Made by a program: the position numbers and the translations under genes. Below the pieces are notes generated by a model. The model had not been told where the DNA came from and ran no database searches. It was given only the letters and a program-made list of their open reading frames with translations. From IMG/VR virus record IMGVR_UViG_3300031993_000008, positions 128,001-192,000 of that record: 64,000 nucleotides of DNA; one strand, 5' to 3'. This document shows positions 28,446-38,638 of the stretch, piece by piece; position 1 is the first letter of the stretch, and each line of letters begins with the position of its first letter. This stretch comes from a virus. Taxonomy: Duplodnaviria; Caudoviricetes.

Positions 28446-31400
28446 ATGGCCAATGCTTTACTAATATCACCATTACATCACGGAACAGGTTCTTTTACTA
28501 TAACCTGTGAAAACTATACCAGGAACTTTAATGCTGAAGTGGGATGTTATGGTAATGCATCTTTTAGTACTACCATTAACACCGGGACCTTGAAATATGA
28601 CGGTTCCGCAAAAAATCTCACATCATCAACAAGTACATCTGGTATATCATCATATTCATTGGGTTATAAGAAGGGGTCTCAAGCAACAAGTGATAGTCAG
28701 ATAACATGGCAGACAAACCCTTCAGGTGGTAAACTCACTGCAACTGATGCTGGTACATATTATATTTACAAAAAGTATACTGTCAATAGGGATTATTGTG
28801 GAAGTGATCTCGCATATACCTATGTGGGTTCAAAGGTCATAGGATGTGGTGATGCTTATGTAGCAACAAATGGATGGACACATAATGGAAGTCAGTATAT
28901 GGAGTATAATCCTATGGACTCCCAGAAGGTCTATCTTAAAACAAAGAATAATACTGGTAGTCTAACCCAACCAGGAAGTGTTACATATGCCGATGGTTAT
29001 TCTACTTCCGGAACATGGACTCTTTATTCTGATAGTGGTGGATATTATATTATGATTCCTGCTGGTATTCATGGAGGAACCTGGTCAGTTACAGCAAGTT
29101 TTTCAATTGCTGCTTCATCTGATGGAAACTATTGTTCCGGTACAAAATCTATAACATGGAGTATATATATTGCCTGCAGACTACCTGACCTTGAGATTTC
29201 CGGATATGATGCTGATTATATTGTAGATCATTCAGGTACTCTTAATATTACATCCACATATCCAGATTCTGCTGATTTTACTATTTCAACCGGATATGCA
29301 CCTGTTGATTTTTATGCTGGAGGTTATCCTGCATCATCTGATTATATTTTGTATTATGAGGGAAGAATAGGGGCACATGAAAGCACAACTTTTTATCAGT
29401 TGGAAGAAGTAGGTTATGAAGAATTTTATGTATGCTTTGTTTCACCTAATTATGAAAATTGGTGTCATTTCCCAGGTTATCCTGACCAGGATTCCATACA
29501 GGTAACTGTTACTGTTCAGAAATACACACCTACTATCACATTTACCAATTTAACCAAAAAATATAATGGAACAGTCCTTACACCAAACGCAATTGTATCA
29601 TTACCTTCTGGAGGTAAGAGACTGAAAGGTACAATACATTATGGTTACACCGGTTCATCAGGTGACCACTATGTATCTTATGATAGTAATACTGGTTATA
29701 TATGGTTGGAAGATGCTGAAATAAGAGATGTTGGAAGTAGAAATGTTTGGGCGTGGTTTGAACCTGATAGTACATGCAATGATGTATATAATAACAGTCC
29801 AAGTGATAGTGGTAGTATAGCCAGTACAACAATATCTGTAACCAAGGGTGACAATCCGATGACATTGTCAAAATCATCAGTAACACTTTATAGTGATGCT
29901 TATTGTTCTACATACAAGACTGCATCCATTACTGTAAATAACAATGCAGGTACACCAACTGCATCTTCAAGCAATACAAGTGTTGCAACTGTATCTGCAT
30001 TTAATTCATCCAACAATACATTTACTGTAACTTATGTTGGTGCGGGTTCAGCTACAATAACAGTGACAGACCCTGGTAACTCAAATTACAATTCAGGTAC
30101 AAAGACCTGTTCTGTTACATGTTATGTTGATGAAGAATATTCAACACAATATAAAGACCAGGCATGTACAACACAGGGTGTAAACATAACTTATGGTACA
30201 CCAACTGTAACTATTGGTAATTCTCCCGGACTTACCTGTGCCGGTGGTAGTGCAACAGTTTCTTGTTCTGTGACTAACAGTAGTAGTTGGTATCAGAAAT
30301 GGAAATCAGGATGTGTAAAACCACACAGTGGTTCTCCAACCGGAACAGCAACATGGTCTATCACAACCCAGACATTCACTCCTTCTGGTGGAAGTGCATC
30401 AACTATAACCAGATTCAGTAGTTCAGGTAATACATTGTCACATGCAACAATGGGAACAAATGTGGGTACTGACTATGTAAAGATTACAGCAGTTAATTCT
30501 GGTGATTCATCAAAGACTGCAATAGCAGAGAAGAGTATAACCAATAGTGTCACTAATTCTGATTATAATGCAACTAACAGTAATTATACTGCTAGTGTAT
30601 CAATAGGTAATGGACTTACTTGTGCCGGTGGTAGTGCAACTGTAACAGCAAGTGCATCACACACCCACACATATTATTACCTGTATTGTTCAGGTTCAAC
30701 AAGTGGACCTTACACTTCAACCCCAAGTGATACTGTAACATGGTCTATTACATCACAGACATTCACTCCTTCTGGTGGAAGTGCATCAACTATAACCAGA
30801 TTCAGTAGTTCAGGTAATACATTGTCACACTCATCAATGGGAACAAATGTTGGTGTTGATTATGTAAAGATTACAGCAACTAATGCAGGAAATAGTAATG
30901 CTACTGCAACAGCAGAAAAGAGTATAACCAATAGTGTCACTAATTCTGATTATAATGCAAGTAACAGTAATTATACTGTCAGTGTAACTATTAGTGGTGG
31001 TCCTGTGGCTGGTACAAGTAGTGCCACTGTAACAACAAATGCATCACACACCCACACATATTATTACTTGTATTGTTCAGGTTCAACAAGTGGACCTTAC
31101 ACCTCAACTGTATCTGATGGCGCATCTTGGTCTATTACATCACAGACATTCACTCCTTCTGGTGGTAGTGCATCAACTATAACCAGATTCAGTAAGAATG
31201 CATCAACCGGTAAGTTGGATCACTCATCAATGGGAACAAATGTAGGTACTGACTTTGTAGAGATTACAGCAATCAATACTGGTGATAATACTGCAACTGC
31301 AAGCACAAGTAGGAGTATAACCAATGCTATAACTGATTATGATTATAATGCATCCAATAGTAATTATAATGTTAGTGTATCAATAGGTGATGGTTTGACT

Positions 31401-34202
31401 GCTGGTGGTGGTAGTGCAACTGTGACTGCATCAGGAAGTCACACTCGTACTTATTATTATTATTATAATTCTGGTTCAACAAGTGGACCTTACACTTCAA
31501 CCCCAAGTGATACTGTAACATGGTCTATTACAACCCAGACATTCACTCCTTCTGGTGGAAGTGCATCAACCATAACCAGGTTTAGTAAGAATACATCAAC
31601 TGGTAAGTTAGATCACTCAACAATGGGAACAAATGTAGGTACAGATTATATAAAGATTACAGCTACTGGAGGAAATAATACCACTGCAACAGCAGAAAAG
31701 AGTATAACCAATGCTTTAACCAATAGTAATTTTAATCCATCAGGATATACAGTAGATGTATCAATAGGTAATGGTCTTGGTCCTGGTGCAAGTAGTGCAA
31801 CTGTAACTGCAAGTGCATCACATGTTGCTTATAATTATTATACATCTGGATCTGCTGATCCATCAACACATACAGTAAATGATAGTGTTTCTTGGTCTAT
31901 TACATCACAGACATTTAACACATCAACTGTAATTACCAGGTTTAGTAAATCAGGTAATACTTTGTCACATAGTAGTATGAATGATACTGTAGGTACAGAT
32001 AAGGTTACAATTACTGCAACCAATGGTAGTAACTCATCAACCACAAAAGCAGTATCTAAGGAGGTAACCAACTCAAAGGATAGTACAAACTATTCACCTT
32101 CTAATTATACAGCAAGTGTATCAATTGGTAATGGTCTTGGTCCTGGTGTAAGTAGTGCAACTGTAACAGTAAGTGGTAGTCATACAGCATATGATTACTA
32201 TACTTCTGGTTATTACAATAATTCACATACTGTTACTGGTGATGGTGCAACATGGTCTATTACATCACAGACATTTAACACATCAACTACAATTACCAGG
32301 TTCAGTAAATCAGGTAATACTTTGTCACATAGTAGTATGAATAATAATGTTGGTACAGATAAGGTTACAATTACTGCAACTAACTCTGTAAATAGTAGTG
32401 GTACAGCAACAGCATCTAAAGAAGTAACCAACTCAAAGGATAGTACAAACTATTCACCTTCTAATTATACAGCAAGTGTATCAATTGGTAATGGATTGAC
32501 TGCTGCCGGTGGTAGTGCAACTGTAACCGTAAGTGGTAGTCATACAGCATATGATTACTATACTTCTGGCTATTATGATAACTCACATACTGTTAATGAT
32601 GGTGCAACATGGTCTATTACATCACAGACATTTGCTCCTGCAACTGGTGGAAGTTCATCAACCATAACCAGGTTCAGTAAATCAAGTAATACATTGTCAC
32701 ATTCATCAATGGGAACAAATGCCGGTACCGACTATGTAAAGATTACAGCATCCAACTCTACAGATAGTAATGCTACTGCAATAGCAGAGAAGAGTATAAC
32801 CAATGCAATTATCACAACTCAGAAATATAAGAATACAAGTGGTACAACTGGTTATAATATAACTTATGTTACACCAACTGTATCTATTGGTAATGGTTTT
32901 ACTGCTGCTGGTGGTAGTGCAACAGTTACCTGTTCTGTAACTAACAACACAGATTGGTATTATAAATATGACTCTGGTAATTACACTTCACAATATACAA
33001 GTACAGAAGCAGGTACTGCAAAGTGGAGGATAACATCAAATGGTAACAGTAGGTTCTCTGAACCATCATCTGGTGGAAGTACTATAACTGTAGGTGGTTC
33101 TAATGTGACAGTTTATTCAACTGGTAGTGCTGTATCACATAGTTCTATGGGTACTTCTGCCACAACAGACAGTGTTACAGTTACAGCATATAATGTGGGT
33201 GATACAACAAAATCTGCAACAGCAAGTAAGAGTGTAACAAATTCACTTGGTTCTACCAAATATAAGAATACTTCTGGTACAGAGGGTTACAATATAACTT
33301 ATGTTGCACCAACCTGCACATTGACAAATAACCTTACTGCTGCTGGTGGTAGTGTAACTGTTACCTGTTCTGTAACCAATAACACAGACTGGTATCAAAG
33401 ATATACCTCTGGTTCATATACAGCAAAACAGACAGGTACAGAAGCAGGTACTGCAAAGTGGAGGATAACATCAAATGGTAACAGTAGGTTCTCTGAACCA
33501 TCATCTGGTGGAAGTACTATAACTGTAGGTGGTTCTAATGTGACAGTTTATTCAACTGGTACTGATGCATCACATAGTAATATGACAACCAATGCTACAA
33601 CAGACACTGTTGGTATCACAGCATATAATGTTGGTGATCCAACAAAGACAAGTGGTGAGAAGACAGTAAGTATAGGTAATGCTATTACAAATAGTAACTA
33701 TTCACCTTCTAATTATACAGCAAGTATTTCAATTGGTAATGGTTTGATTGCTGCCGGTGGTAGTGCAACTGTATCAGCAAGTGCATCACACAAGGCATAT
33801 GATCTTTATACATCAGGATCATATAACAATCAACACAATGTTAGTGATAGTGTTACTTGGGAAATAACCTCTAATGGAAATAGTAGATTCACCAAGACAA
33901 ACAATACCACCTTATCACATAGTAATATGACTACTAATGCTGTAACTGATAGTGTCACAGTAAAGGCTACAAACTCAACAGATACAACTGCAACTGCAAC
34001 TGCAAGTAAGAGTATAACCAATGCTGTGGAAAGTATTTCATTGGCAGTTAATGGAAAGACTGATGCAACTTCTGTTCCATTTGGTTCAAGTATTGCTTCT
34101 TCAAACATAGTCTTGACAGGAACATATACATCCGGTTCAACTGGAACACTTACACCAAAGGCAGTTTCATCAAGTGATACAACAGTTGCAACAGTATCAT
34201 AA
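28446..34202 (+). CDS. 1918-aa Ser/Thr-rich repetitive Ig-like fibre protein
   Basis: Intact Big_2-like domain at about 29850-30125; about ten 120-145-aa repeats; ends in SSSDTTVATVS. Confidence 0.75.
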   Translation: MANALLISPLHHGTGSFTITCENYTRNFNAEVGCYGNASFSTTINTGTLKYDGSAKNLTSSTSTSGISSYSLGYKKGSQATSDSQITWQTNPSGGKLTATDAGTYYIYKKYTVNRDYCGSDLAYTYVGSKVIGCGDAYVATNGWTHNGSQYMEYNPMDSQKVYLKTKNNTGSLTQPGSVTYADGYSTSGTWTLYSDSGGYYIMIPAGIHGGTWSVTASFSIAASSDGNYCSGTKSITWSIYIACRLPDLEISGYDADYIVDHSGTLNITSTYPDSADFTISTGYAPVDFYAGGYPASSDYILYYEGRIGAHESTTFYQLEEVGYEEFYVCFVSPNYENWCHFPGYPDQDSIQVTVTVQKYTPTITFTNLTKKYNGTVLTPNAIVSLPSGGKRLKGTIHYGYTGSSGDHYVSYDSNTGYIWLEDAEIRDVGSRNVWAWFEPDSTCNDVYNNSPSDSGSIASTTISVTKGDNPMTLSKSSVTLYSDAYCSTYKTASITVNNNAGTPTASSSNTSVATVSAFNSSNNTFTVTYVGAGSATITVTDPGNSNYNSGTKTCSVTCYVDEEYSTQYKDQACTTQGVNITYGTPTVTIGNSPGLTCAGGSATVSCSVTNSSSWYQKWKSGCVKPHSGSPTGTATWSITTQTFTPSGGSASTITRFSSSGNTLSHATMGTNVGTDYVKITAVNSGDSSKTAIAEKSITNSVTNSDYNATNSNYTASVSIGNGLTCAGGSATVTASASHTHTYYYLYCSGSTSGPYTSTPSDTVTWSITSQTFTPSGGSASTITRFSSSGNTLSHSSMGTNVGVDYVKITATNAGNSNATATAEKSITNSVTNSDYNASNSNYTVSVTISGGPVAGTSSATVTTNASHTHTYYYLYCSGSTSGPYTSTVSDGASWSITSQTFTPSGGSASTITRFSKNASTGKLDHSSMGTNVGTDFVEITAINTGDNTATASTSRSITNAITDYDYNASNSNYNVSVSIGDGLTAGGGSATVTASGSHTRTYYYYYNSGSTSGPYTSTPSDTVTWSITTQTFTPSGGSASTITRFSKNTSTGKLDHSTMGTNVGTDYIKITATGGNNTTATAEKSITNALTNSNFNPSGYTVDVSIGNGLGPGASSATVTASASHVAYNYYTSGSADPSTHTVNDSVSWSITSQTFNTSTVITRFSKSGNTLSHSSMNDTVGTDKVTITATNGSNSSTTKAVSKEVTNSKDSTNYSPSNYTASVSIGNGLGPGVSSATVTVSGSHTAYDYYTSGYYNNSHTVTGDGATWSITSQTFNTSTTITRFSKSGNTLSHSSMNNNVGTDKVTITATNSVNSSGTATASKEVTNSKDSTNYSPSNYTASVSIGNGLTAAGGSATVTVSGSHTAYDYYTSGYYDNSHTVNDGATWSITSQTFAPATGGSSSTITRFSKSSNTLSHSSMGTNAGTDYVKITASNSTDSNATAIAEKSITNAIITTQKYKNTSGTTGYNITYVTPTVSIGNGFTAAGGSATVTCSVTNNTDWYYKYDSGNYTSQYTSTEAGTAKWRITSNGNSRFSEPSSGGSTITVGGSNVTVYSTGSAVSHSSMGTSATTDSVTVTAYNVGDTTKSATASKSVTNSLGSTKYKNTSGTEGYNITYVAPTCTLTNNLTAAGGSVTVTCSVTNNTDWYQRYTSGSYTAKQTGTEAGTAKWRITSNGNSRFSEPSSGGSTITVGGSNVTVYSTGTDASHSNMTTNATTDTVGITAYNVGDPTKTSGEKTVSIGNAITNSNYSPSNYTASISIGNGLIAAGGSATVSASASHKAYDLYTSGSYNNQHNVSDSVTWEITSNGNSRFTKTNNTTLSHSNMTTNAVTDSVTVKATNSTDTTATATASKSITNAVESISLAVNGKTDATSVPFGSSIASSNIVLTGTYTSGSTGTLTPKAVSSSDTTVATVS
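30170..34020 (+). repeat. Tandem intragenic repeats of about 360-435 nt
   Basis: TGGTCTATxACAxCxCAGACATT recurs near 30354, 30741, 31128, 31521, 31893, 32253 and 32610; 33001-33126 is identical to 33436-33561. Confidence 0.9.
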
Positions 34203-34214
34203 TGGTCAATATAT

Positions 34215-34222
34215 CATAAATA
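34215..34222 (+). promoter_or_regulatory. Putative internal late promoter CATAAATA
   Basis: In the 43-nt gap between fibre genes. Confidence 0.55.
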
Positions 34223-34245
34223 ATATAAGAAAAAATATATACAAT

Positions 34246-37200
34246 ATGGCAACAATAACAGGTATAAAAGTTGGTTCAACAAACATTACTGCCACTTATG
34301 GATCTTTAACCAGTAATACAGTTGTTTTGAGTGTTACCGCTTTGAATTTGGGAACAGTTGGTACCATTTCTGGATTGTCAAATCAGACATATACAGGTAG
34401 TGCTATTAAACTTAATCCTACAGTTACGGTAACCGCAACAGGTGTTGGTACAGATGTTCCCCTTGCAAAGGATACTGACTATACTGTATCTTGGAGTAGT
34501 AGTGTAGATTCCACATCTTGTATTGCTGTTGGTACTGTTACAGTTACTGTTACAGGTAAGGGTAATTATACAGGTTCAAAAACAGCAACATACAATATTA
34601 CTGGTGCTACAATTACAGTTAAGACATCTGGTCAGTCATCTCTTATTAACCAGACTTATACATACAATGGTTCTGCCCAGGGTGTTGGTATTGTGGCAAC
34701 AACAACAAATAGTCAGACAGCAACAATCAGGTATAGAACTGCATCAAGTGGTGAATATAACTTGACATCTGCACCACAGATAACAAATGTTTCACAGTCA
34801 CCATTAACGGTTTATTATCAGGTTACAGCACCTAACCATGCTGATAAGACCGGTTCATATACAATTACTATCAATCCCGCTGGAATAACCATACCTACTC
34901 CTACTGGTATCACCAAGACATATGATGGTAGTGCTTATTCAGCATCATTTGGTTCAGTAACAGGTGCATCTATTACCAAATATCGTTATAATACTTCTGG
35001 TGCTACATCATCTTGGACTGAAACTACAACTCTTCCTTCAAGGACATCTGTTGGTACAACAACAGTTCAGGCATACTATACAGCAGATGGTAACCACAAT
35101 GGAAGTGGTTGGTCTTCAACAGCATCAATTGTTATTAATGCTGCTGACTTTACAGTAACTGCCAATAACCAATCATTTACTTGGACAGGTAATGCTCAGG
35201 GTAATGCTATTTCAGTAACTAACTTGAAGGGTAGTCAGACTGCAACAATTAAATATGGTACAACATCAGGTACATATGACTTGACATCTGCTCCAAAGAT
35301 AACCAATGTTTCACAGTCACCATTAACAGTTTATTGGCAGGTAACTGCTTCAAACCATAATACACAGACAGGTTCATATACAATCACTATCAATCCTGCT
35401 GGAATAACCATACCTACTCCTACAAGTAATGAACATATATATACAGGTACAACATATTATGCAACATTCCCTGCTGCTTCATATGCAACTATAACCAACT
35501 ATAGATATTCAACAACAGATGGTTCCGGTTGGTCTACATCAAATACAAACCCGGGTAATTCAACTGTTAGGACATTATATGTTCAGGCATACTATACAGC
35601 AGATGGTAACCACAGTGGAAGTGGTTGGTCTTCAAGTGCAACAATCACAGTAACCAATGCTACAATAACAGTAACAGCCAATAATCAGAGTTACACATAT
35701 AATGGTTCTGCCCAGGGTGCTGCTATTTCTGCATCAACAGTCAATAGTCAGACTGCAACAATTAAATATGGTACAACATCAGGTACATATGACTTGACAT
35801 CTGCTCCAAAGATAACCAATGTTGCAGATTCAAAGACTATATACTACCAGGTTACAGCACCTAACCATGCTGATAAGACCGGTTCATATACCTTGACTAT
35901 AACACCGGCAACACCTACATTCTCATTGACAGGTAGTACCAAGACATATCATGAGGGTAGTGCAGACATCAAGGCAACTGCATCTGTTGCAGGTACAGTT
36001 CATTGGGGAACAACATCCAGTGCTATGACAAGCACAAAGTCTATATCTGCTAATACTGCAACAACTGTGACAAGCAGAACTGAATCTAATGGTGTAGGTA
36101 CAACTACAATTTATGCATACTTTATACCTACAGATAATTCAAATTATAATTCAGTTGGTAGTTCATCACAATATGCACAGTCTGCTGCTGCAAAGATTAA
36201 TGCATCTGGTGATAATGATATTACTGTAAGTGTAGAAGGTACTCTTTATTATACTGGTTCTGCTCAGGTTATTGCAACCATGACTGATCGTGAAGGTGTT
36301 GCTCACTTCACATTGGGTTACAGTACAACATCAAATGGTACAGTAACTTGGGGTACTCAGGATGCAACAACAATTTCAGCTACTAATCCTGGAACATATT
36401 ATATACATTATAAGTTGACCCCAGATAGTAACCACAGTACAACAATTGAAAATAAACAAATTGATGCTACTTCAACTATCAACAATGGTACATTGACAAT
36501 CACAGTAACAGGATATAGTGCTACATATGATGGTTCTGCTCATAATATTGTTGCATCTGGACCTTCTGCAAAGAACCAGGCCAACCAGACCGTTACAGGT
36601 GTTACATATACTTATTCAACTTCTGAAAATGGAACTTATGGATCAATGCCAACACGTACTGCTGCCACTGGAACATCAGCAAATGAAAGTGCAACAGTAA
36701 CATATTGGGTAAAGGCAGATATGGATGGTTATACAACAGCCAAGAAATCATTCACAGTTTATATTGCCAGGGCTGCTAATCCTCTTACAATTTCACCTAC
36801 CACAGCAACTATTTACAATACAACAGGATATAACACAGTTCAGATTACTCCTTCAGGAGCACAGGGCAGTGTAAGTTATTCTTCAAGTGCTACTGGTAAG
36901 GCAACTGTAAATAGTTCTGGTTTGGTTACATATGTTGCTGCCGGTACAGCAACTATAACTGTAACTGCTGCTGGTAATGACAACTATAAGTCTGGTTCAA
37001 AGACCTGTGCAGTTACAACAGTTGTTGATACTGTTACCTCTTATGGTGATATTACAGGTACAATAACCATTACACAGAAGGCAAACTTCCCAGCAGGAGG
37101 TGTAACATTGACAACAAGTAATATTTCCACATATTTCAATTATACAAGTACAGCAGCACAAACAAAAACTTGGGCATCTGGAAATACAACAAGTGGAACA

Positions 37201-37548
37201 ATCACACATACATGGAGTGGTACAAATGTAAGTATTCCATCATTGGGAACATCAGAGACATCAACAGTTACTTCAAGAAACATCAGTTTCACTGTAACTG
37301 CATCTGGTGAGGGAAGCAAGACAAAGAGTGCATCAGTTTCAACAGGTAACCAGGAGGCCAACCCTGTAACTGGAATTACTTTGTCATTGGTAACTGCCGG
37401 AGATTCAACAAATACTCCTAAGACCAGTGTTGCATTTGGTTCATCCTTGAACACAAGGTTGGTGGCAACATATAAGTCTGGTTCAACAGGTGTAGTTTCA
37501 CCAAAGACTGTTACATCAAGCGATACAACTGTTGCAACAGTATCATAA
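34246..37548 (+). CDS. Ig-like (MBG/Big_2-type) repeat fibre protein, about 1100 aa
   Basis: Starts MATITGIKVG; YTGSA...KDTDYTVS...TGKGNYTG modules; internal repeats; intact Big_2 at about 36775-37025; ends in SSDTTVATVS. Confidence 0.75.
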   Translation: MATITGIKVGSTNITATYGSLTSNTVVLSVTALNLGTVGTISGLSNQTYTGSAIKLNPTVTVTATGVGTDVPLAKDTDYTVSWSSSVDSTSCIAVGTVTVTVTGKGNYTGSKTATYNITGATITVKTSGQSSLINQTYTYNGSAQGVGIVATTTNSQTATIRYRTASSGEYNLTSAPQITNVSQSPLTVYYQVTAPNHADKTGSYTITINPAGITIPTPTGITKTYDGSAYSASFGSVTGASITKYRYNTSGATSSWTETTTLPSRTSVGTTTVQAYYTADGNHNGSGWSSTASIVINAADFTVTANNQSFTWTGNAQGNAISVTNLKGSQTATIKYGTTSGTYDLTSAPKITNVSQSPLTVYWQVTASNHNTQTGSYTITINPAGITIPTPTSNEHIYTGTTYYATFPAASYATITNYRYSTTDGSGWSTSNTNPGNSTVRTLYVQAYYTADGNHSGSGWSSSATITVTNATITVTANNQSYTYNGSAQGAAISASTVNSQTATIKYGTTSGTYDLTSAPKITNVADSKTIYYQVTAPNHADKTGSYTLTITPATPTFSLTGSTKTYHEGSADIKATASVAGTVHWGTTSSAMTSTKSISANTATTVTSRTESNGVGTTTIYAYFIPTDNSNYNSVGSSSQYAQSAAAKINASGDNDITVSVEGTLYYTGSAQVIATMTDREGVAHFTLGYSTTSNGTVTWGTQDATTISATNPGTYYIHYKLTPDSNHSTTIENKQIDATSTINNGTLTITVTGYSATYDGSAHNIVASGPSAKNQANQTVTGVTYTYSTSENGTYGSMPTRTAATGTSANESATVTYWVKADMDGYTTAKKSFTVYIARAANPLTISPTTATIYNTTGYNTVQITPSGAQGSVSYSSSATGKATVNSSGLVTYVAAGTATITVTAAGNDNYKSGSKTCAVTTVVDTVTSYGDITGTITITQKANFPAGGVTLTTSNISTYFNYTSTAAQTKTWASGNTTSGTITHTWSGTNVSIPSLGTSETSTVTSRNISFTVTASGEGSKTKSASVSTGNQEANPVTGITLSLVTAGDSTNTPKTSVAFGSSLNTRLVATYKSGSTGVVSPKTVTSSDTTVATVS

Positions 37549-37560
37549 TCATATAAATTT

Positions 37561-37597
37561 TGTTTTCACATTCTCCATTAAGGAGGATGTGAAAACA
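37561..37597 (+). other. 16-bp intergenic stem-loop without U-tract
   Basis: TGTTTTCACATTCTCC-attaa-GGAGGATGTGAAAACA. Confidence 0.7.
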
Positions 37598-37624
37598 TTA
37601 TAAAAACAAAGAGTTAATAGAAGT

Positions 37625-38590
37625 ATGAGTATAGTAAAGGGTATTAAGGTAGGTTATGCGGATATTACCGCAACATACGATAGTACTACTGCATTATCTG
37701 ATACTGAAGGTCTGACAGTTGTTGCTGTACCACTTGGAGGAATTGCATCTCCAAACAATACAACATATGATGGCAACCCACAGTATCCAACACCCACAGT
37801 AACTGCTACTGTGGGTGGTGAGGTTATTGTTCTTGTCAAAGACACTGATTATACATTATCATATTCAAACAATACCAATACCGGTACTGCAACAGTGACC
37901 GCAACAGGTAAGGGAAATTATAGTGGAGAAGTATCATCAACCTGGACAATCAACAGTGCTGAAATTATTGTTGATGTTTCTGATCAGGAATATACATATA
38001 ATGGTTTATCACAAGGTATTGGAGTTTCAGTATCACTTGTTTCAGGAGAACCAACAATTAAATATGGATTATCATCAGGAACATACAACCTTACAACAGC
38101 ACCACAGTTCAGGGATGTCAAGACATCAGGTACATCATATTACACAGTATATTACCAAGTCATAGCAGAGAACCATACAACCAATGAGGGTTCATATAAG
38201 GTTACAATTATACCTTTGACTGCAATACTTGAGTGGGGAGATACATCTTGGGTATATGATGGGGAACAACATTATACAACATGTGTTGTTAGTAATAAGG
38301 TATATGGTGATGATTGTGTTGTTACATTGTCTGGAAACAGTATTACCAATATTGGTTCAACAACAGTAACAGCAGTGGGATTTTCAGGAACAGATGGAAG
38401 CAATTATAAATTGCCGGTAGAACAGGTTCTTTTGGAGAGAACTCTTACTGTAAGGGCAGGTTTGTTTGTCAAGTTGTCAGGTGTCTGGACACCGGTTAAA
38501 AGAGTATATAAAAAGGTGTCTGGAAACTGGGTTGAACAGGAGATGGATTCTGCATTTAGTACTTCAAAGATGTACAAGAAAATGAATTAA
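37625..38590 (+). CDS. Ig-like fibre protein, putative proximal/anchor subunit
   Basis: Starts MSIVKGIKVG; MBG-like modules; C-terminal FVKLSGVW..VKRVYKKVSGNW. Confidence 0.7.
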   Translation: MSIVKGIKVGYADITATYDSTTALSDTEGLTVVAVPLGGIASPNNTTYDGNPQYPTPTVTATVGGEVIVLVKDTDYTLSYSNNTNTGTATVTATGKGNYSGEVSSTWTINSAEIIVDVSDQEYTYNGLSQGIGVSVSLVSGEPTIKYGLSSGTYNLTTAPQFRDVKTSGTSYYTVYYQVIAENHTTNEGSYKVTIIPLTAILEWGDTSWVYDGEQHYTTCVVSNKVYGDDCVVTLSGNSITNIGSTTVTAVGFSGTDGSNYKLPVEQVLLERTLTVRAGLFVKLSGVWTPVKRVYKKVSGNWVEQEMDSAFSTSKMYKKMN

Positions 38591-38595
38591 TGATT

Positions 38596-38603
38596 CATAA
38601 ATA
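38596..38603 (+). promoter_or_regulatory. Putative late promoter CATAAATA
   Basis: Upstream of 38639. Confidence 0.6.
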
Positions 38604-38638
38604 CATAAAGAATATACAATATAAAAACAAATAAAATT

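Noticed and set aside
30170-34020. Repeats as a CRISPR array or a DGR template/variable pair
   Set aside because: They are long in-frame coding repeats without unique spacers. I saw no adenine-specific mismatch pattern, and there is no reverse transcriptase or cas gene in the window.
34174-34245. Upstream start extensions in the ORF track (34174, 5863, 10693, 16547, 23427, 40748)
   Set aside because: They overlap upstream genes, terminators or promoter motifs. Downstream ATGs fit the motif boundaries better.
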